64,000 nucleotides of DNA, from positions 87,546,001-87,610,000 of the forward strand of contig NC_045696.1 of the NCBI RefSeq assembly GCF_009834535.1, given 5' to 3'. The DNA comes from Camelus ferus (Eukaryota). The translations under genes were made by a program, and so were the position numbers. Shown piece after piece: positions 25,311 to 38,525 of the stretch (the first letter of the stretch is position 1; every line of letters starts with the position of its first letter). Under the pieces are notes generated by a model. That model ran no database searches. It saw nothing but the letters and a program-made list of their open reading frames with translations, and was not told the origin of the DNA.

Positions 25311-27659
25311 GTCAGACATACTGGGGTATATGTGTATAACAAAGAATTTGAGGTTGGTGCAGACTTTATAGCATCAACCTTCTCAAGATTATACTCTGGT
25401 TTAATGTGTTTTTAATTACAATGTTTCCTCACTGTATAATGTATTACCCTTTATATCGTAGGAACCTCATTATGATACCTAGTTCACCTTACAGCAGGAA
25501 GTTTAGTACTGTTAGATAAGGCACATGGTTTCACTGTCTTCACTCTTTTCTGCAGCCACCAGATCACAAGTCCCCTCATCACCACTTGCTCCATGAAGCT
25601 GTATTACTATAAAATGTCTGGGTATGTAGCAGTACTGGGTGTGTAGCAGTTCAAAAAACTGTCATAACCTGATTTAGATCAAGTTTAGTACTGGGAATAC
25701 ATTCCTTCACAACAGTTCCCTCCATTAAACCACTGGAGGTAGCTTTAAAGGACTTCTGTCTAATACTTGTAAACCTCTGGGTTTAGTAGATTTCTAGATA
25801 AACATTTTAAACCATTTCTCAAGGAGATGATCTGATGCATTTCTGCAGACAAGAGCAGTTACTTTCAGTTCAAAGATCCATTCTTAGGTTATAGCAATTT
25901 CAAGAAAAGTTTTAAAGCAGTTTTTAATTACAATTAGAGTATGTAATTTTTCCTTTTGGAATTATAAAATTTGAATTTTATGGGTTAAAATGTCTGAATT
26001 TTTAAGAAGGTGTTGGAGTTGATAAAATCAACTGACAGATGCAGGTGTTTTCCCTTGACCATCTGTCAAATAGCCTCCATGTGAAGTCCAACTCTATTGC
26101 CTATAATTTTGGGGGGGAAAAGTTATGTTTTTCTTAAAAATAGATTTCATAATTTGAATTCTATTTTACTACTGTCACTGAACAGAAATATGATCACTAA
26201 GCTCTCCCTGCTTACTATGCACTGAGTCTTTCTCCAAAGTTCTGCTTAAAAGTCATGTTCAGTTCATATTTTGTTTCTCTGACAGCCTCATCTCTTTTTC
26301 TGCTGCTTGTTCTGAAAGATATATATGAAGATAATGTACATTTTTCATATTTTCTCCTAAGACACAATCACTTTTTACAAACTTCACTCTTAATGATTGA
26401 CTTAAAAATATGCCTAGGGTCATAAGAATCATAAAAAATAAAATTATTTGTCAGAAGAGAAATAGGTAAAATCTTCCAGCAAATGAAAAGTGAATTAATC
26501 TCTCTTGCCACATTTTCCTCATGCTTGACATCATATATGCATATTTCTTATTCCAGATTATTTTAAAATCTCAATTTCAGCATCAATCCCATAAGATGCT
26601 ACCTGCTACACACTGAGTGAGTAACATGACCAAAGGTACTAAAGAAAGTGGAAATAAAAATCAAAATTTTAGGTACTTATACTGTCAAGTAATTTAAATC
26701 GTTTGAAATAATCAGAGTCTATGTGCTATGTTCATTTTATATGAAGTATTAAACATAATTACCCTAGCCCTTTCCTAAGGTAAATAGGTCACAGTAGTTA
26801 TCTCATTGTAATAAATACTTTTCAAAAGTATCTCTTAGCAAAAAAATATTAATAATTTGTAATAATAATAATTACTTATGTATTCCACTATTTTATGGTT
26901 TTCCAACATGTTAAGTAAACTTCTTGGGAAAAATGTTAGTGTGAAAGCTGGTGATTGACTCGTATCTTGGTACCTCTAAAACTTTATGCCATAAGGTAGA
27001 CTTCAAATTTTCACAAGTTTATCATTCATCTTCCTAGATGTATATTTTGCAAGATGTTAATGAAAGTGTACCTCATCACCTCCAAAGCATCTTACAAAAG
27101 TCACCTTCAAATAAGTGATGTGGAGGGTTATAAACAGATGTGCCACTTTCTGCAATGTCAGGGAGCAGCTGAGGCTACTCACATCAATATCCAGATGATC
27201 TGGATCAGTGGCCGGTACTTGGAATAATGGGTGAGAGTAGGTAGGTACCTGGGGTTTCAGCTTAAGGCTCTCATGAGCACCTTCATCATGCCACGATCTC
27301 TACACATCCCCAGCCCAGTCACCATGTATACACTCAAAGACAGAGCTGTGAAAAGTCTAGAAGTAATTTCTAGGGAGAGATTAGGAAAAGAAAAACAATG
27401 AAAGATGGCTTTCTAGAAATGAGTGCCTATAGGAACTTAAGCAAATTGACTGTTTTCAGAAAAGCAACTACAGGAAAATGGCTATAGAAAAAAAAACAGC
27501 TATTATTATTTGAAATAGAACAAAAAATAAAACTAGAAGAAAAAATAATCAGATGAAATAAAGATGTGAGTATAAAAATTCATTCTTGAATGAACTAGCT
27601 ACCTTCAAAAAGCACATCTGACATGAAGTTTACATTAAAAATAAAAGCAAGTCTTAGAG

Positions 27660-27770
27660 TAGTGATTCTTAAATACCGTATATATTAGAATTAGGTGGAG
27701 TATTTTTTAAAGGCAACTTCTTATATCGTTTTCCCATGATTCTGCTTTCTGATTCATTGATTTTGAGCTT
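27660..27770 (+). mobile_element. MER5-like hAT MITE fragment
   Basis: TAGTGATTCTTAAA...ATTAGAATTAGGTGGAG...TTTCTGATTCATT. Confidence 0.4.
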
Positions 27771-29627
27771 TTTTAAGGATTAATTTATTTTTCTTCAATT
27801 AAAGTCATTCCCTGTTGAAAGGTATTTTCAAGTAAGGTAATATGGTGATGGATTTGATTTTGAAGAATGTCATTAAAGCTGTACTTTGAGGACAAGTGGG
27901 CAACTTTAGATTTAGAAACATTTCCCCCAGAAAATAATTGAAGGCATTCCTTTTGACCAGTACTGTTTTACTGAAGGAGATAGAGAGCAACCTTAGGGAA
28001 TCTCATGCCTTACATGATTTGAAAACTGTTTACTGTCATTATTATACTTATCTTGCAGAAAGTTCCTTAACAACAACAAAATCAACAGATTAAAAGGAGA
28101 TACAGACACAGATACACAGATACCCATCCATATATACACATGTATAGATACATTCATAAATAAAAGCACACCAAACTTCAGAAACATATTCTTACATAAG
28201 CTTAGATAAAACTAACAGTCATTTGTGATCAAAAAAGCATAAAAAACTTAATTTAACACAATCTGGGCATTATTTTCTGCTGTTGGAAATAGTAAGAGTT
28301 AAGAGAATGATTTTTGTAGGATACCTCTATATTTAATAGAGGTATTTAATCTACTTTGCTGTAAGTATAATCCTAATAGCAAATAGTAAAACCATAGCTA
28401 ATAAGTTTTATGAGAAAGACTCTGTTATGTTCATTTCAAAAAGACATATCTCATAGTTTTCATTTCATTTTCATTACTTTACATTTTTCTTTAACCTGTG
28501 GAGGTCATGGTTGATCTCTCTACCATCAAGAAAAATGTGACACAGAAACTAGAAAAAAAGAAAAAAAAAAAAACTTCATCATGGATATAAGTGGAGAAAT
28601 CCCAGTGTGATCTATCCCTCCCTCCATGGCTCACAGAGGAGCTGCTTGTCATGTGTGGAAAAAACAATATTTCCTAATCCACAGATTCATAAAAAGTAAA
28701 ACTGACTATACCAACAAAACAAAGGAAAGCATCAAGAATTAAACACAGCAGCTTAAAATATCTGCGTGTGTGTCTTGACATTAAAGCTGTCTGATTATAT
28801 GATGGTTTGGTTTTAAGGAAAGTAGTTATAAAAAAATGAAGAGAAACTCAACTTCATACTTTTTAAAAGTAATCTCTTTCTTATTTATGAATGATATTGA
28901 TAATACTATTTACTGAATAAATAAAAGATGAGCCAATAAAAATCCCAAACTAAGAGTCTCTAAAAACACTGTTTTAAAAATTGTCACCCTTGGCTATATC
29001 TATTACTTAGTAAGCTCTAAATTGCTATATAAGATTAATTTTCAAAGTTTTCCTGAAGTCAAATACTTTCCTAAAATGTTTTCATGCTCAAATATTTAGT
29101 ATTCTAGCTCTATAAAAATTTATATAAGAATTCTGGCCTTTCAATATAAGTGGATTTTGAAGAAGGATATATATTCAGTTATTGGTCCACACTTCCTGAT
29201 TTTTTTTTTTTACCTTTCTTGACTATATCTGAGAACCCACAATGATTTCTAATACCAGTGATCAGTATTTATGGCAAAATCATCCCAAGCTTTACTTCCA
29301 AAGTAATCATTGAACTTATTTTCAAATAAAAACAGTTGTATCATTCCTTTTGTGAGAATAATTATCTCAGATATGTTTCTTTCTGTTTTCTTTCTAATTC
29401 TGCTAAATGACACCCTACAGTATTTCCCTCTGAAGTGGAGTGACAGACTGACAGGTGTTGTCAGCAAGAAGTCTGATGACTGAGAGACGTGTTTGTCTTC
29501 TAATAGACTCAATAAGGCATAAAGGAGAGGCAAAGCAGCAGTGTGTACCGCTTGGGGAAGCCTTTGGCAAACCCCTTTTGAAAGATGTGAAGTCTCTGAC
29601 TATTCTGACTGAGGCACAGATACTTAC

Positions 29628-29678
29628 CGTCTGCACGGCTGTCTTCCTAAAATATGCAGCCAAGATGCCTGACGGCAT
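29628..29678 (-). other. Candidate coding end of an alternative first exon (MPSGILAAYFRKTAVQT, phase 0)
   Basis: ATG with A at -3, then exactly 17 codons to a consensus donor ACG|GTAAGT, in a repeat-free block. Peptide not recognised. Confidence 0.35.
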
Positions 29679-31599
29679 ATTATTATCTAGAAGCAGTGAT
29701 ACATATCACAATGAAACCCAAATCCATTGGATTTTTTGTACTTCCAAAAAAAGCTGTGGTCGAGTGTTGTTAGAAAAATGACATAAAAATCTATCTTAAG
29801 GTTCTGTTATCTCTTATTTCCTCTGCAACTCTGAAACTGTGCTGTGAGCATCTTCTCAGCAGCACACATCTCCAGCCTGCTGTGAGTCGTTACACCCTCA
29901 GCAAGACTTCTTCCCTACTCCCTCCCATCTTCATTTAGTTCCTCTAAGAAAACACCGTGTGCTGTGTATTCATTTTCTGCAGCTCTTGGATCCTGAGTGT
30001 AGCTGAAACAGAAACTGACCAATTCTGTAATAAGCAACCTCTCCAATTAGTCATACTGTCACCTGTGATAATACAAATTCTTCTTTGTGGTTCTAATCCT
30101 CAGCTGTCATTCATATAATGCCAGGTGCTTGGCAAAGCACTGTGTGGAATTTTTCATCCATCTGTCCAGTCTCAGAAATGACCTTCCAGTACTTTCCTTT
30201 GTACCCACGTTACCTTTAAATAGGGCATTTGCATAAAAAAAGAATGCCTCTGACTGCACTAGGAAGTTGCATGGTGAGAGAAGAAACTGTACTACATTCT
30301 TTGCAATCCATATGATATTGAAGGCTGTTGCCATTCAGCCTCAGGCCACCAACACTTCAGTGTATTTAAGGGCAGCAAATGCTGTTAACAAAAATACAGT
30401 TCTCTCTTTTATCAACTACACATTTATCAGCAGCAGAAAAAAAATCAATTCTACAAATAGATATTTGAATTGCAAATGCTTAAAAGAGTAACTAATGAGG
30501 CCATTTATTGACCAAATTTGACTAATTATTATGCTGAGGAACTGCCTAGGAGCCAGTATCTGCTTTGAAATTAAGCGTTTTCAGTAAATGCATCAAAGGA
30601 ATTGGAACCAAACTAACAGCATGAACTTCAGAAATCTGTCTATTCATATTGATCCCAACTTGCATGGTGTTATACAGAAAACTAGCCACAGGCACTTTAG
30701 AATAAATGATCCACAGGCAAATGTAAAGAAATAATGAACAGCCTCCCAGGGAGAAGTATTCTAACTAGACTGACCCTATAATTAATCTTCCAAACTGAAA
30801 TACTTTTGAGAATGAAAAGAGGCCACAATTACATCAGGACCACAAGCATAAAACTGGATGCGGATGTTCCCAGGAAAATCAAGATGTATGCCCTCTGTGT
30901 CTCAACATCTGTGGCTCCACAGGCCTTAAATAAATATTTAAATGATTACTTATGGCATAAAGCATACATTTGTTTAAATGCTTCCAAAATACTGCCCCAT
31001 CCCTACCACTCCATTCTTCCATTACATCATTCTAACATAAACCCACTGTCTAAGAATACTGACCTCCATGTGTTGGCTGGCCACAATCTTTTTTGGGGGC
31101 TTTAGGCTTTGCTTGAGAATGATGTCCTGCAAGTTAATCTGCTAAAGATAAATCACTCTTACAATACAAGGCTGAGTCAATTTATGTCTTTTGATGGCAC
31201 ATAGCAGAGAGGTTTTAGGTCCCTTTATGTTATGGAATGAAATAAACCTTCCATAAGCAAGTCAGCTCTAAGGAGTAGTTCCTCTGTCCATCTCTATCTT
31301 TTGGTTTCTCAAAAAGAAATTTGTCTCAAATTCCTTTCTTACCAACAGTTCAGCTACCTGGATAGTACCTGGCCTAAATCCCGGAAGGAGTTCTTTTGAC
31401 GGATTGAGCTAATCATCATCTTTCCTAGGAGTCGGGGATCCCACACCACACCACTCAGGAAAATGTGGCACTTGACTCTGGAAAACACCAGTTCAGTGAA
31501 AGGACATATATCATGTCTATCAGTGGGCTTTCTTAATCTGAAAAAGGGCACAGCATCACCAGCAGGGTGAAGAACATGGAGCGGTTCAAACCTCCCACT

Positions 31600-32578
31600 C
31601 TTTATGAAGCCTTTCTAGAAGCTTCCCAGGTAAAATCAAGATCTCCCTACTGAACACTCTCACAGAATTTTGTGTTTCTATTTATCACTGAGCTATAGCT
31701 ATTGAATCAGAATATTTCTGTTTCAGTTTATCTCCCCCACTGGATCATGAACTTCTTTCACTTACTTTTCTTTCCTAGCTTTGTTGAGATATAATCGACA
31801 TTACACACTGTGTAAATTTAAGGTATACAATGTGTTGATGTGGTACATGTATATTGCAAAATGGTTACTGCCATAGCAACACCTAACACCTCCATCACAT
31901 CACATCACATAACTATCACTTCTTTTTTATGTTGAGAGCATTTAAGATCTATTCCCTTCCCAACTTCCAAGTATATGATATAGTATTATTAAGTACAATC
32001 ACCACACTGTATTATTACATCCTCAGGACTTGTTCGTCTTACAACCGGAAGTTTTCACCCTTTGACCAGCATCTCCCCATCTCCCCCACGCCCCCAGCTG
32101 TTGTTAACTGTTACTCTGTTCTGTTTCTTTTCTATGAATTTGGCTTTTTAAAATTCCACATAGAAGTGATACCATAGAGTATTTGTCTTTTTCTGTCTGA
32201 CATTTCACTTAACAAAATGCCTTCAAGGTCCATCCATGTTATCACAAATGGCAGAATTTTCTTTCTTCTCCTAGCTGAATAATATTCCTGTGTATGTGAG
32301 TGTGAGTGAGTGTGTGTGTGTATTAGTATCATATTTTTTCTATCCATTCATCCATAGATGGACACATAGGTTGTTTCCATGTCTTGCCTATTGTGAATAA
32401 TGCTACCATGAACCTGGGAGTGCAGGTATCACTTGGAGACTCTGTTTTCATTTCCTTTGGCTGTATTTCAGAAGTGGGATTGCTGGATGGATCATGAACT
32501 TCCAAACGTGCTGTTCTTTATGGTACAATAACATGGCACTTATACTATGTTCAGTAAATGTTTATGATATTGAACTGA
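31600..32578 (+). mobile_element. L2 3' fragment split by an L1 insertion
   Basis: TGAAGCCTTTCTAG...TATCTCCCCCACTGGATCATGAACTTC before the L1 and ...CATGGCAC...TTCAGTAAATGTTTATGATATTGAACTGA after it. Confidence 0.6.
31756..32487 (-). mobile_element. 5'-truncated L1 (L1MA9-like)
   Basis: AGCTTTGTTGAGATATAATCGACA tail; TCCATCCATGTTATCACAAATGGCAG; GATGGACACATAGGTTGTTTCCAT. Perfect 15-bp TSD TGGATCATGAACTTC (31741-31755 / 32488-32502). Confidence 0.93.
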
Positions 32579-34689
32579 CAAATTAGCAAGCTATACTAGT
32601 TCAATGTAATGTTAAAAATGGCAATATAAACAAGAAGTCAAAGTCCTTTCATTCTAAGATTCTGAGAAATAAATCATGACTCATCTCATCTCTCGTTTAT
32701 TCCTTGCCTCTGTAATTCTTACGCTAGACAGGAGTAGAAAGAATGGATGTGTGTTAGTAAAGTTATTCACAGGACACTAATGAAGGCATTAGAAATGAAA
32801 ATTATAGTAAGCATAAATCACGTATTCTTAAAGAAGCATGTGTCAAATTAATTTAAAGTTTCATCCTAGTTTTGAGGGAAAATCACTTCAATTTCGTATA
32901 GTCAACATAGTAATAGAATTGGCAAATTCCACTATAAAGAGATTAACTTGAATAAAAGATCAGGAAAATACAGGTGTGTAATGAGCAGAAGCAAACAAGA
33001 AAAAGCCCAGTCTCTTATCAACCTTGGTAGCATTTTAAATACTAGTTAGTAAGGTTTGGTTTACACTACGTTATGGTAAACAAGATACATAGATATAGAT
33101 TTAGATATAGGTATAGATATACCCTCTTTAAAAAAAATTTGCAAAAGTGGACTATTGCCACCATTTAACTGAAAATTAAAGAAATGCCAAGTACTGAAAA
33201 GTCATTACACGTATGTACGAGGGAAATAAACTGAGGTCAATGTTACTCTGACTCTGAGAGTTATCATAAGGATTAACATAAAATTCAATTGGCAGCATAT
33301 CATAAGCCAAATTTTGCCTAAAGGCAGAAGAATTATACAATTATTCTTATAGCTTTTGAAATTGCTAATTTTGGTCTTTGCAAACAAAATGGGATCAATT
33401 TTTTTCCACCAAAATTATGATAGGGTCTAAACTCTTTAGCTACTTTCCTCATTAAGATTTGAAGATTTCAGAGCCCACTGTGCACACTTTAATGCAATTG
33501 GATCTCTCTACCTTTATGCTTCAGGGCCTAAGAAACACTTTCAGAGGGTGATCAAATTTGTATCCTCCCAAATAAAAATGGTTACTTGAAAACATCATTT
33601 GTTTGTATATCCCTCTATCAGGAAACAAAATTTTAGAACCAAAGGAGAAAAATATCACACATGCAAGTGGTTAAAAAGGGGTGGTGGCAAGGAGAAAAAA
33701 GGCAACACACTGAAAAAGGGAGAACTCCATGGTGGAACTTTTTAGTATTAATAAAATAGAGATGCCTCAATATTCAGTACAATTTTTATTTTCATTACAA
33801 GCAGTTAAACATAAAATGTATAAACGATGTGTTAAAAGTGTTGTGAATTCTTTTTCTCTTAGGTTCAAGAATGTGCTAAGATTTCCAGCTAGGGGAGTTT
33901 TGTTGTATTAGATCTCTGACTCATGGTAAGAAGTATGGGACTTAACATTGAACTCTGTCCTGCTCTAAGCTGAAAAAAGAAATGAACATATCAGTGAGAA
34001 GGAGGTGGAAGGAGTGTTATAGTAGCACGGTAAATGCAGAAAAACACTTTTTCTTCCAATGCATTGCAGATATCATTCAGCAGTTTATTTGTAGGGAAAT
34101 AAAATGTGACCCTCTATAAAACAGCCAAGGTCAGTGCGTATTGGTCATGGAAGTTAAAGTTCCCTCAGGCCTATTCAGTCTTTTACAAGACTTCTCCCCA
34201 CTTCTTCCTAAGATAAGACCTCTACAGAGGGTTGTAGAGTCCGTTTGAATCTCTCTCATTCAACTTTCTAGCAGGTAACAGGCATTCTTTCAAAACTGTT
34301 ATTAAAAGAAATGTTTAAATATGCTAGATTATTTGGAAAACTAAGGACATCTCATAGCAAAAAACAATCTTGTTTGTTACAGATTGTATGTTTCAAGTAC
34401 TCACGTTGCAACTAAGTAATTTTTTGGTGCTGTGTATATGGAATGACCTCATGGTCTCCATAATGTTTCAGTCTCTCCTTGGCATAAGGAGGAACTCCAC
34501 AAATAGAAACTACAGGAAGCAGATTACATATTTGAAGATCTCTTCTTCCTTGATATTTACATTTACCAATAAATAACTTAAAATTTTTATAATTAGCAGT
34601 TGTTAAGCTTGGTGATTTATTATAGCTTGATATATTAATTTATTATTAGGTCACTGTGTTTGACAAGATATTATAACTAATAGTTTAAA

Positions 34690-34712
34690 AACACAAGCTC
34701 TTTAAGGGCAGG

Positions 34713-34769
<57 letters not shown>

Positions 34770-34866
34770 GTTGTTTTTTGAGTGCCTAGACCAGCCTGGC
34801 ACACAGAAAGTCCCAATGAATATTTGTCAATGGATGAAAGAATAAATGAATGAATGAGTGATTGAC
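34690..34866 (+). mobile_element. L2 3' end containing a (TC)n expansion
   Basis: AAGCTCTTTAAGGGCAGG...AGTGCCTAGACCAGCCTGGCACACAG...AATATTTGTCAATGGATGAA...TGAATGAATG. Confidence 0.7.
34715..34766. repeat. (TC)26 microsatellite
   Basis: Perfect repeat read directly. Confidence 0.95.
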
Positions 34867-35811
34867 TCAGACATTGAACTGATACTACACATAGATTCAA
34901 AACTGACCCTATAATTTATTCAAAAGAGCAAATTTATTTCCAGGATATAAAGAAACCCGAACTTCAAATGGACCCCAAACCCAAAATTTCACATTTGGTT
35001 TACAGTATTTCTGAAGATATAAACTGATTTATGTACTTTTAAATTTACTGACTGATAAAATATGAATAGAAGAGAATGAGAGACCCTGAGTACTAAGAAA
35101 TATCTACTGTGGTCCTTGCATGTCTTTGTCCCCTGCAGCTCTTCCTTCCTAACCTCCCAGCACATGATCTTAGCCTCAAACAGTCCCCCTCTTGCCCTTG
35201 ATAAAACTCAAATAGCCCAAACAATCTGCAAAATCTGTGAAACTAATTTCTTCCTCTTCTGAGTACCATCCCTGACCAAGTAGTCTCAAAGCTAGCCTAA
35301 CCTTACTTGATTTCTTCCTCCTGAAGCCCTGTAATGTTGTAAGCCATGCTTTCCCAAGTTTGATCCTCAGCTCCTTTGCCAGCCTCAAGCCTGGCATTTA
35401 CAAATAAGGATTTATGCTAATGGGGCTGTGTATGATTTTCTTCCACAATGAGAATCATTCATTTCGGAGCTAGAGTAAGCCTCAGATATATGTGACTAAG
35501 TAAATGAAGTTTATACGTAAGTACACTGAGGTCTTGTAACCCAAGCAAATGTTTCTCTTTTATTTTTCTCACTCTATGGCCATCAAGCCCTGAATAACTA
35601 GAATAAAGTATATGTATAAATTTTGAAATTAGATGGAATAAGAAAAAAATATACTTTTAGTTCTTTGTTTTTTATTATTCATAAAGAAGTCTTAGTTTAT
35701 TTATATCTCCTCTCTAGTACTTTTTTAAATAAAATTTCAATTGAAGATTTGTTTTTTTAGTTTGAGGACAACCATTTGAGAATAAATCATGCTTTAAAGG
35801 TACTGTGGCTT

Positions 35812-35971
35812 GGGGGACAGGTACAGCTCAGTGGTAGAGTGCATGCTTACATGCACAAGGTCCTGGGTTCAATCCCCAGTACCTCCTCTAAATCTCCATT
35901 TAAAAATATATAAATAAACCTATTTACCACCCTCCCATCAAAAACAAACAAACAAACAAACAACAACAACA
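35812..35971 (+). mobile_element. tRNA-Ala-derived SINE (Vic-1-like)
   Basis: A and B boxes, AAACCTATTTACCACCCTCCC tail, (CAAA)n end. TSD AAAGGTACTGTGGCTT (35796-35811) / AAAGTGACTGTGGCTT (35972-35987). Confidence 0.92.
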
Positions 35972-36680
35972 AAAGTGACTGTGGCTTGGCTTTGCTAAGA
36001 TCTCCTCATGAAGAGGATGAGCTCATTAGGTGTGAGATGAGGAGCTTTTGGTGCTATCTTTCTAGAAGTCTCTCCAGCAGCACTCAGCTAGAGACCCACA
36101 ACATTCACTGGCAAACATATTTCTTTACTGAAGAAGGAGAAGCTGTGCCCTCTGAACTCTGCTTGGTCCACCTCAGTGTCTGCAGTAGGAAGATGATTAT
36201 CAGGCTTTCTGCTAATTCCTCTATTGGTACCATGACTATATATTATTTTATGTTATTTAAGTAAAAGGGTGAGAAATAACATTTATTATCATTGCTACCT
36301 AACATGTTATAAAATATTTTAGTAAACATAATTCTAATTTATTCAAATATTTGACTTGATTGTTTTCAGTTCTGTATCTTGAATGATAGTCTATAATGTA
36401 TTCCTAATTGTTTTTTTATACTACTCCTCAAGAAAGATTACTAATGTATCTACTTTAATTGAAAAACTTGGACTTTTTTCTGACAGAAAGTTATTTTGAT
36501 CCAATAAACTGTTTTGACAAAGAGGACTTGCCTGATACTTAATATATTTGGCAGGTATTATTCATTAAAATGAATTAATTAAATCTTCAGATAAAAGGAG
36601 TTTATGAGAATGTTTAAAACCCATGTTTTCTGTATATATTGTGTTGAATAAAATGCCTCTAAGTGAAAGAACAACATCCA

Positions 36681-37243
36681 GAGTTGATTCTCATTATTTG
36701 TGATAGTTATGTTCCCTAAAGTCATTGTGAACCCTGAATTAGTAATTACTGAACAGTTGCTTCCAGAAGATGTGCAGAAGTAGGCACCTGTGAGCCTCTG
36801 GTCATAGAATTTTCATAAACTGATCAATACATAATATTGAACTCACGACTGATAGCAATATAACTCATGCCTGAATGAGTCTCATCTCACACACCTATTT
36901 CCCCTGTAAGATACAGAACAGCATTTTTGTACTTAGGAAAGCTAGACAGGACTTCAGTACTATGCTTGGGGGCAAAATCACAACAAAAATGCAAAAATCT
37001 AACACTATATAGACCACAACAGTTCACTTATTTACAGCATGAGAGCTGGAACAAGAAGGCAAATCATCATTTTGTGTGATCCAGCTGGGGACACTGCTGT
37101 CAGGGGACTCAAATTTTTTTTGTCAGTCTAACATGTCCTTAAATGACCATGAAGGTAACAAAACTATAGATTTTAGGGTTACAAATAAATCTATCAAGTA
37201 GGCAAATTCTCAAATCTGGAATACATGAACAATGAGGATTGGG
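36681..37243 (-). mobile_element. MER82-like Tc1/mariner (Tigger) MITE
   Basis: Terminal inverted repeats AGTTGATTCTCATTATT / AACAATGAGGATTGG; internal GGGTTACAAATAAAT...GTAGGCAAATTC. Confidence 0.8.
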
Positions 37244-38037
37244 TATATTTTGGTATAATTCCCAGAAATTAGAGCAAAATATATTTTCACAAGTCAGTAC
37301 ATAAGCAAAATTTGTCACCTACTACTCCATAATAGACAGACATCAGAGGAAAAATCTCTGAGATTCTTTGAATGCTAAGTGTCTGGAGAAGCATAAAGCT
37401 ATATTCATTTATCTAGCCAATTTACGTAAATGACCAATTACATGAACTCGGGCCTTCTACTAGGTACTGAATCATGTGTTGAGAATGGCCCTAATGTCAC
37501 TGCATCTCTAAAACCTGTTAGAGAATAAAATTCCTCCCATAAGAGTCCTACAGGAGAGGGAAAAAAAGGAACTGGAAAAAAATGTTAAATTCTAAGCCGT
37601 TAAATCAGACATGTAATATGACAATTCAGGAAACAACTGCCTGTTTGTTTAAATACACGTTGATTTGTATGCTATTTGAATTCTTCCAACCATTTTTTGT
37701 TATATGTGAATAATTTACAAATTATTTTAGAAAAGCTTTTGAACTATATTAAGGAAAATCAAGGAAAGGGATTGGGGTATATTTAACAAAGGGGACACTG
37801 ACCTGGCAATAATGGGAACAAAAATAGAGTGAAAGTCAGCGGAGTTTGATTTTCGGGAATGTCAACTCCAGAGATACTAGTTTGGAGATTCTTTCACTGA
37901 AACTTTTCCCAGAGAGTGACTTGAATGCATGCTGTGATTTGCCTTGGAAAAAATGGGGGCATTTCTTTTTAGTTTACATTTGATAGATGAGAAATTTTAT
38001 GTACAAAATGCACATCCAGTGTCAAATATTTCATAAG

Positions 38038-38499
38038 TGTATTGAGTTAAATAGTGCCCCCTCCAAAAAAAGAAAAAAAAATTGTGTATACCTGGAACCA
38101 ATGAATGTGACCTTATTTTTAAAAAGTCTTCACAGATGTAATCAAGTTAAGTTGAGGACATGTTGGGTAAGAGCAAGCCCTAACCCAATAATGGCTGTCC
38201 TTATGAGAAAAGGGAAATTTGGATACAGACACACACAGATGGAAGATGATATGACGAAATACAGGGAGAACACTATGTGAAGATTAAGGCAGCGATTGCA
38301 TTTAAGAAACTCCGAGGGTTGCTGGCAACCACCAAAACCTAGGAAGTATCCGCCCCTAGAAACTTCAGAGAGAGCATGGCCCTGGCAACACTTCAGTTTC
38401 AAATGTTTAGTCTCCAGAACTACCAGAGAAAAAACTTCTGTAGTTTTAAGCCACCCAGCTTGTTGTTCTATATTACAGCAGCCCTAGGAAACTAATACA
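38038..38499 (+). mobile_element. MaLR solo LTR (MLT1C-like)
   Basis: TG...CA ends, GAATGTGACCTTATTT, ACAGCAGCCCTAGGAAACTAATACA; 5-bp TSD ATAAG/ATAAC. Confidence 0.9.
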
Positions 38500-38525
38500 A
38501 TAACCAAGAGCAGAAACCAGATGTA

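Noticed and set aside
25618..25651. 17-bp direct repeat (and a similar one at 880-913)
   Set aside because: Only two copies, a simple slippage duplication; not an array and not CRISPR-like.
35150..35402. Possible old LTR fragment (and a possible CR1/L3 remnant near 42050-42240)
   Set aside because: Resemblance too faint to assign boundaries or family without a profile search.
35812..35890. tRNA-Ala-like genes here and at 1471, 40305, 40760 and 51652
   Set aside because: They are SINE heads: dispersed, diverged copies with TSDs, AT-rich tails and disrupted stems.
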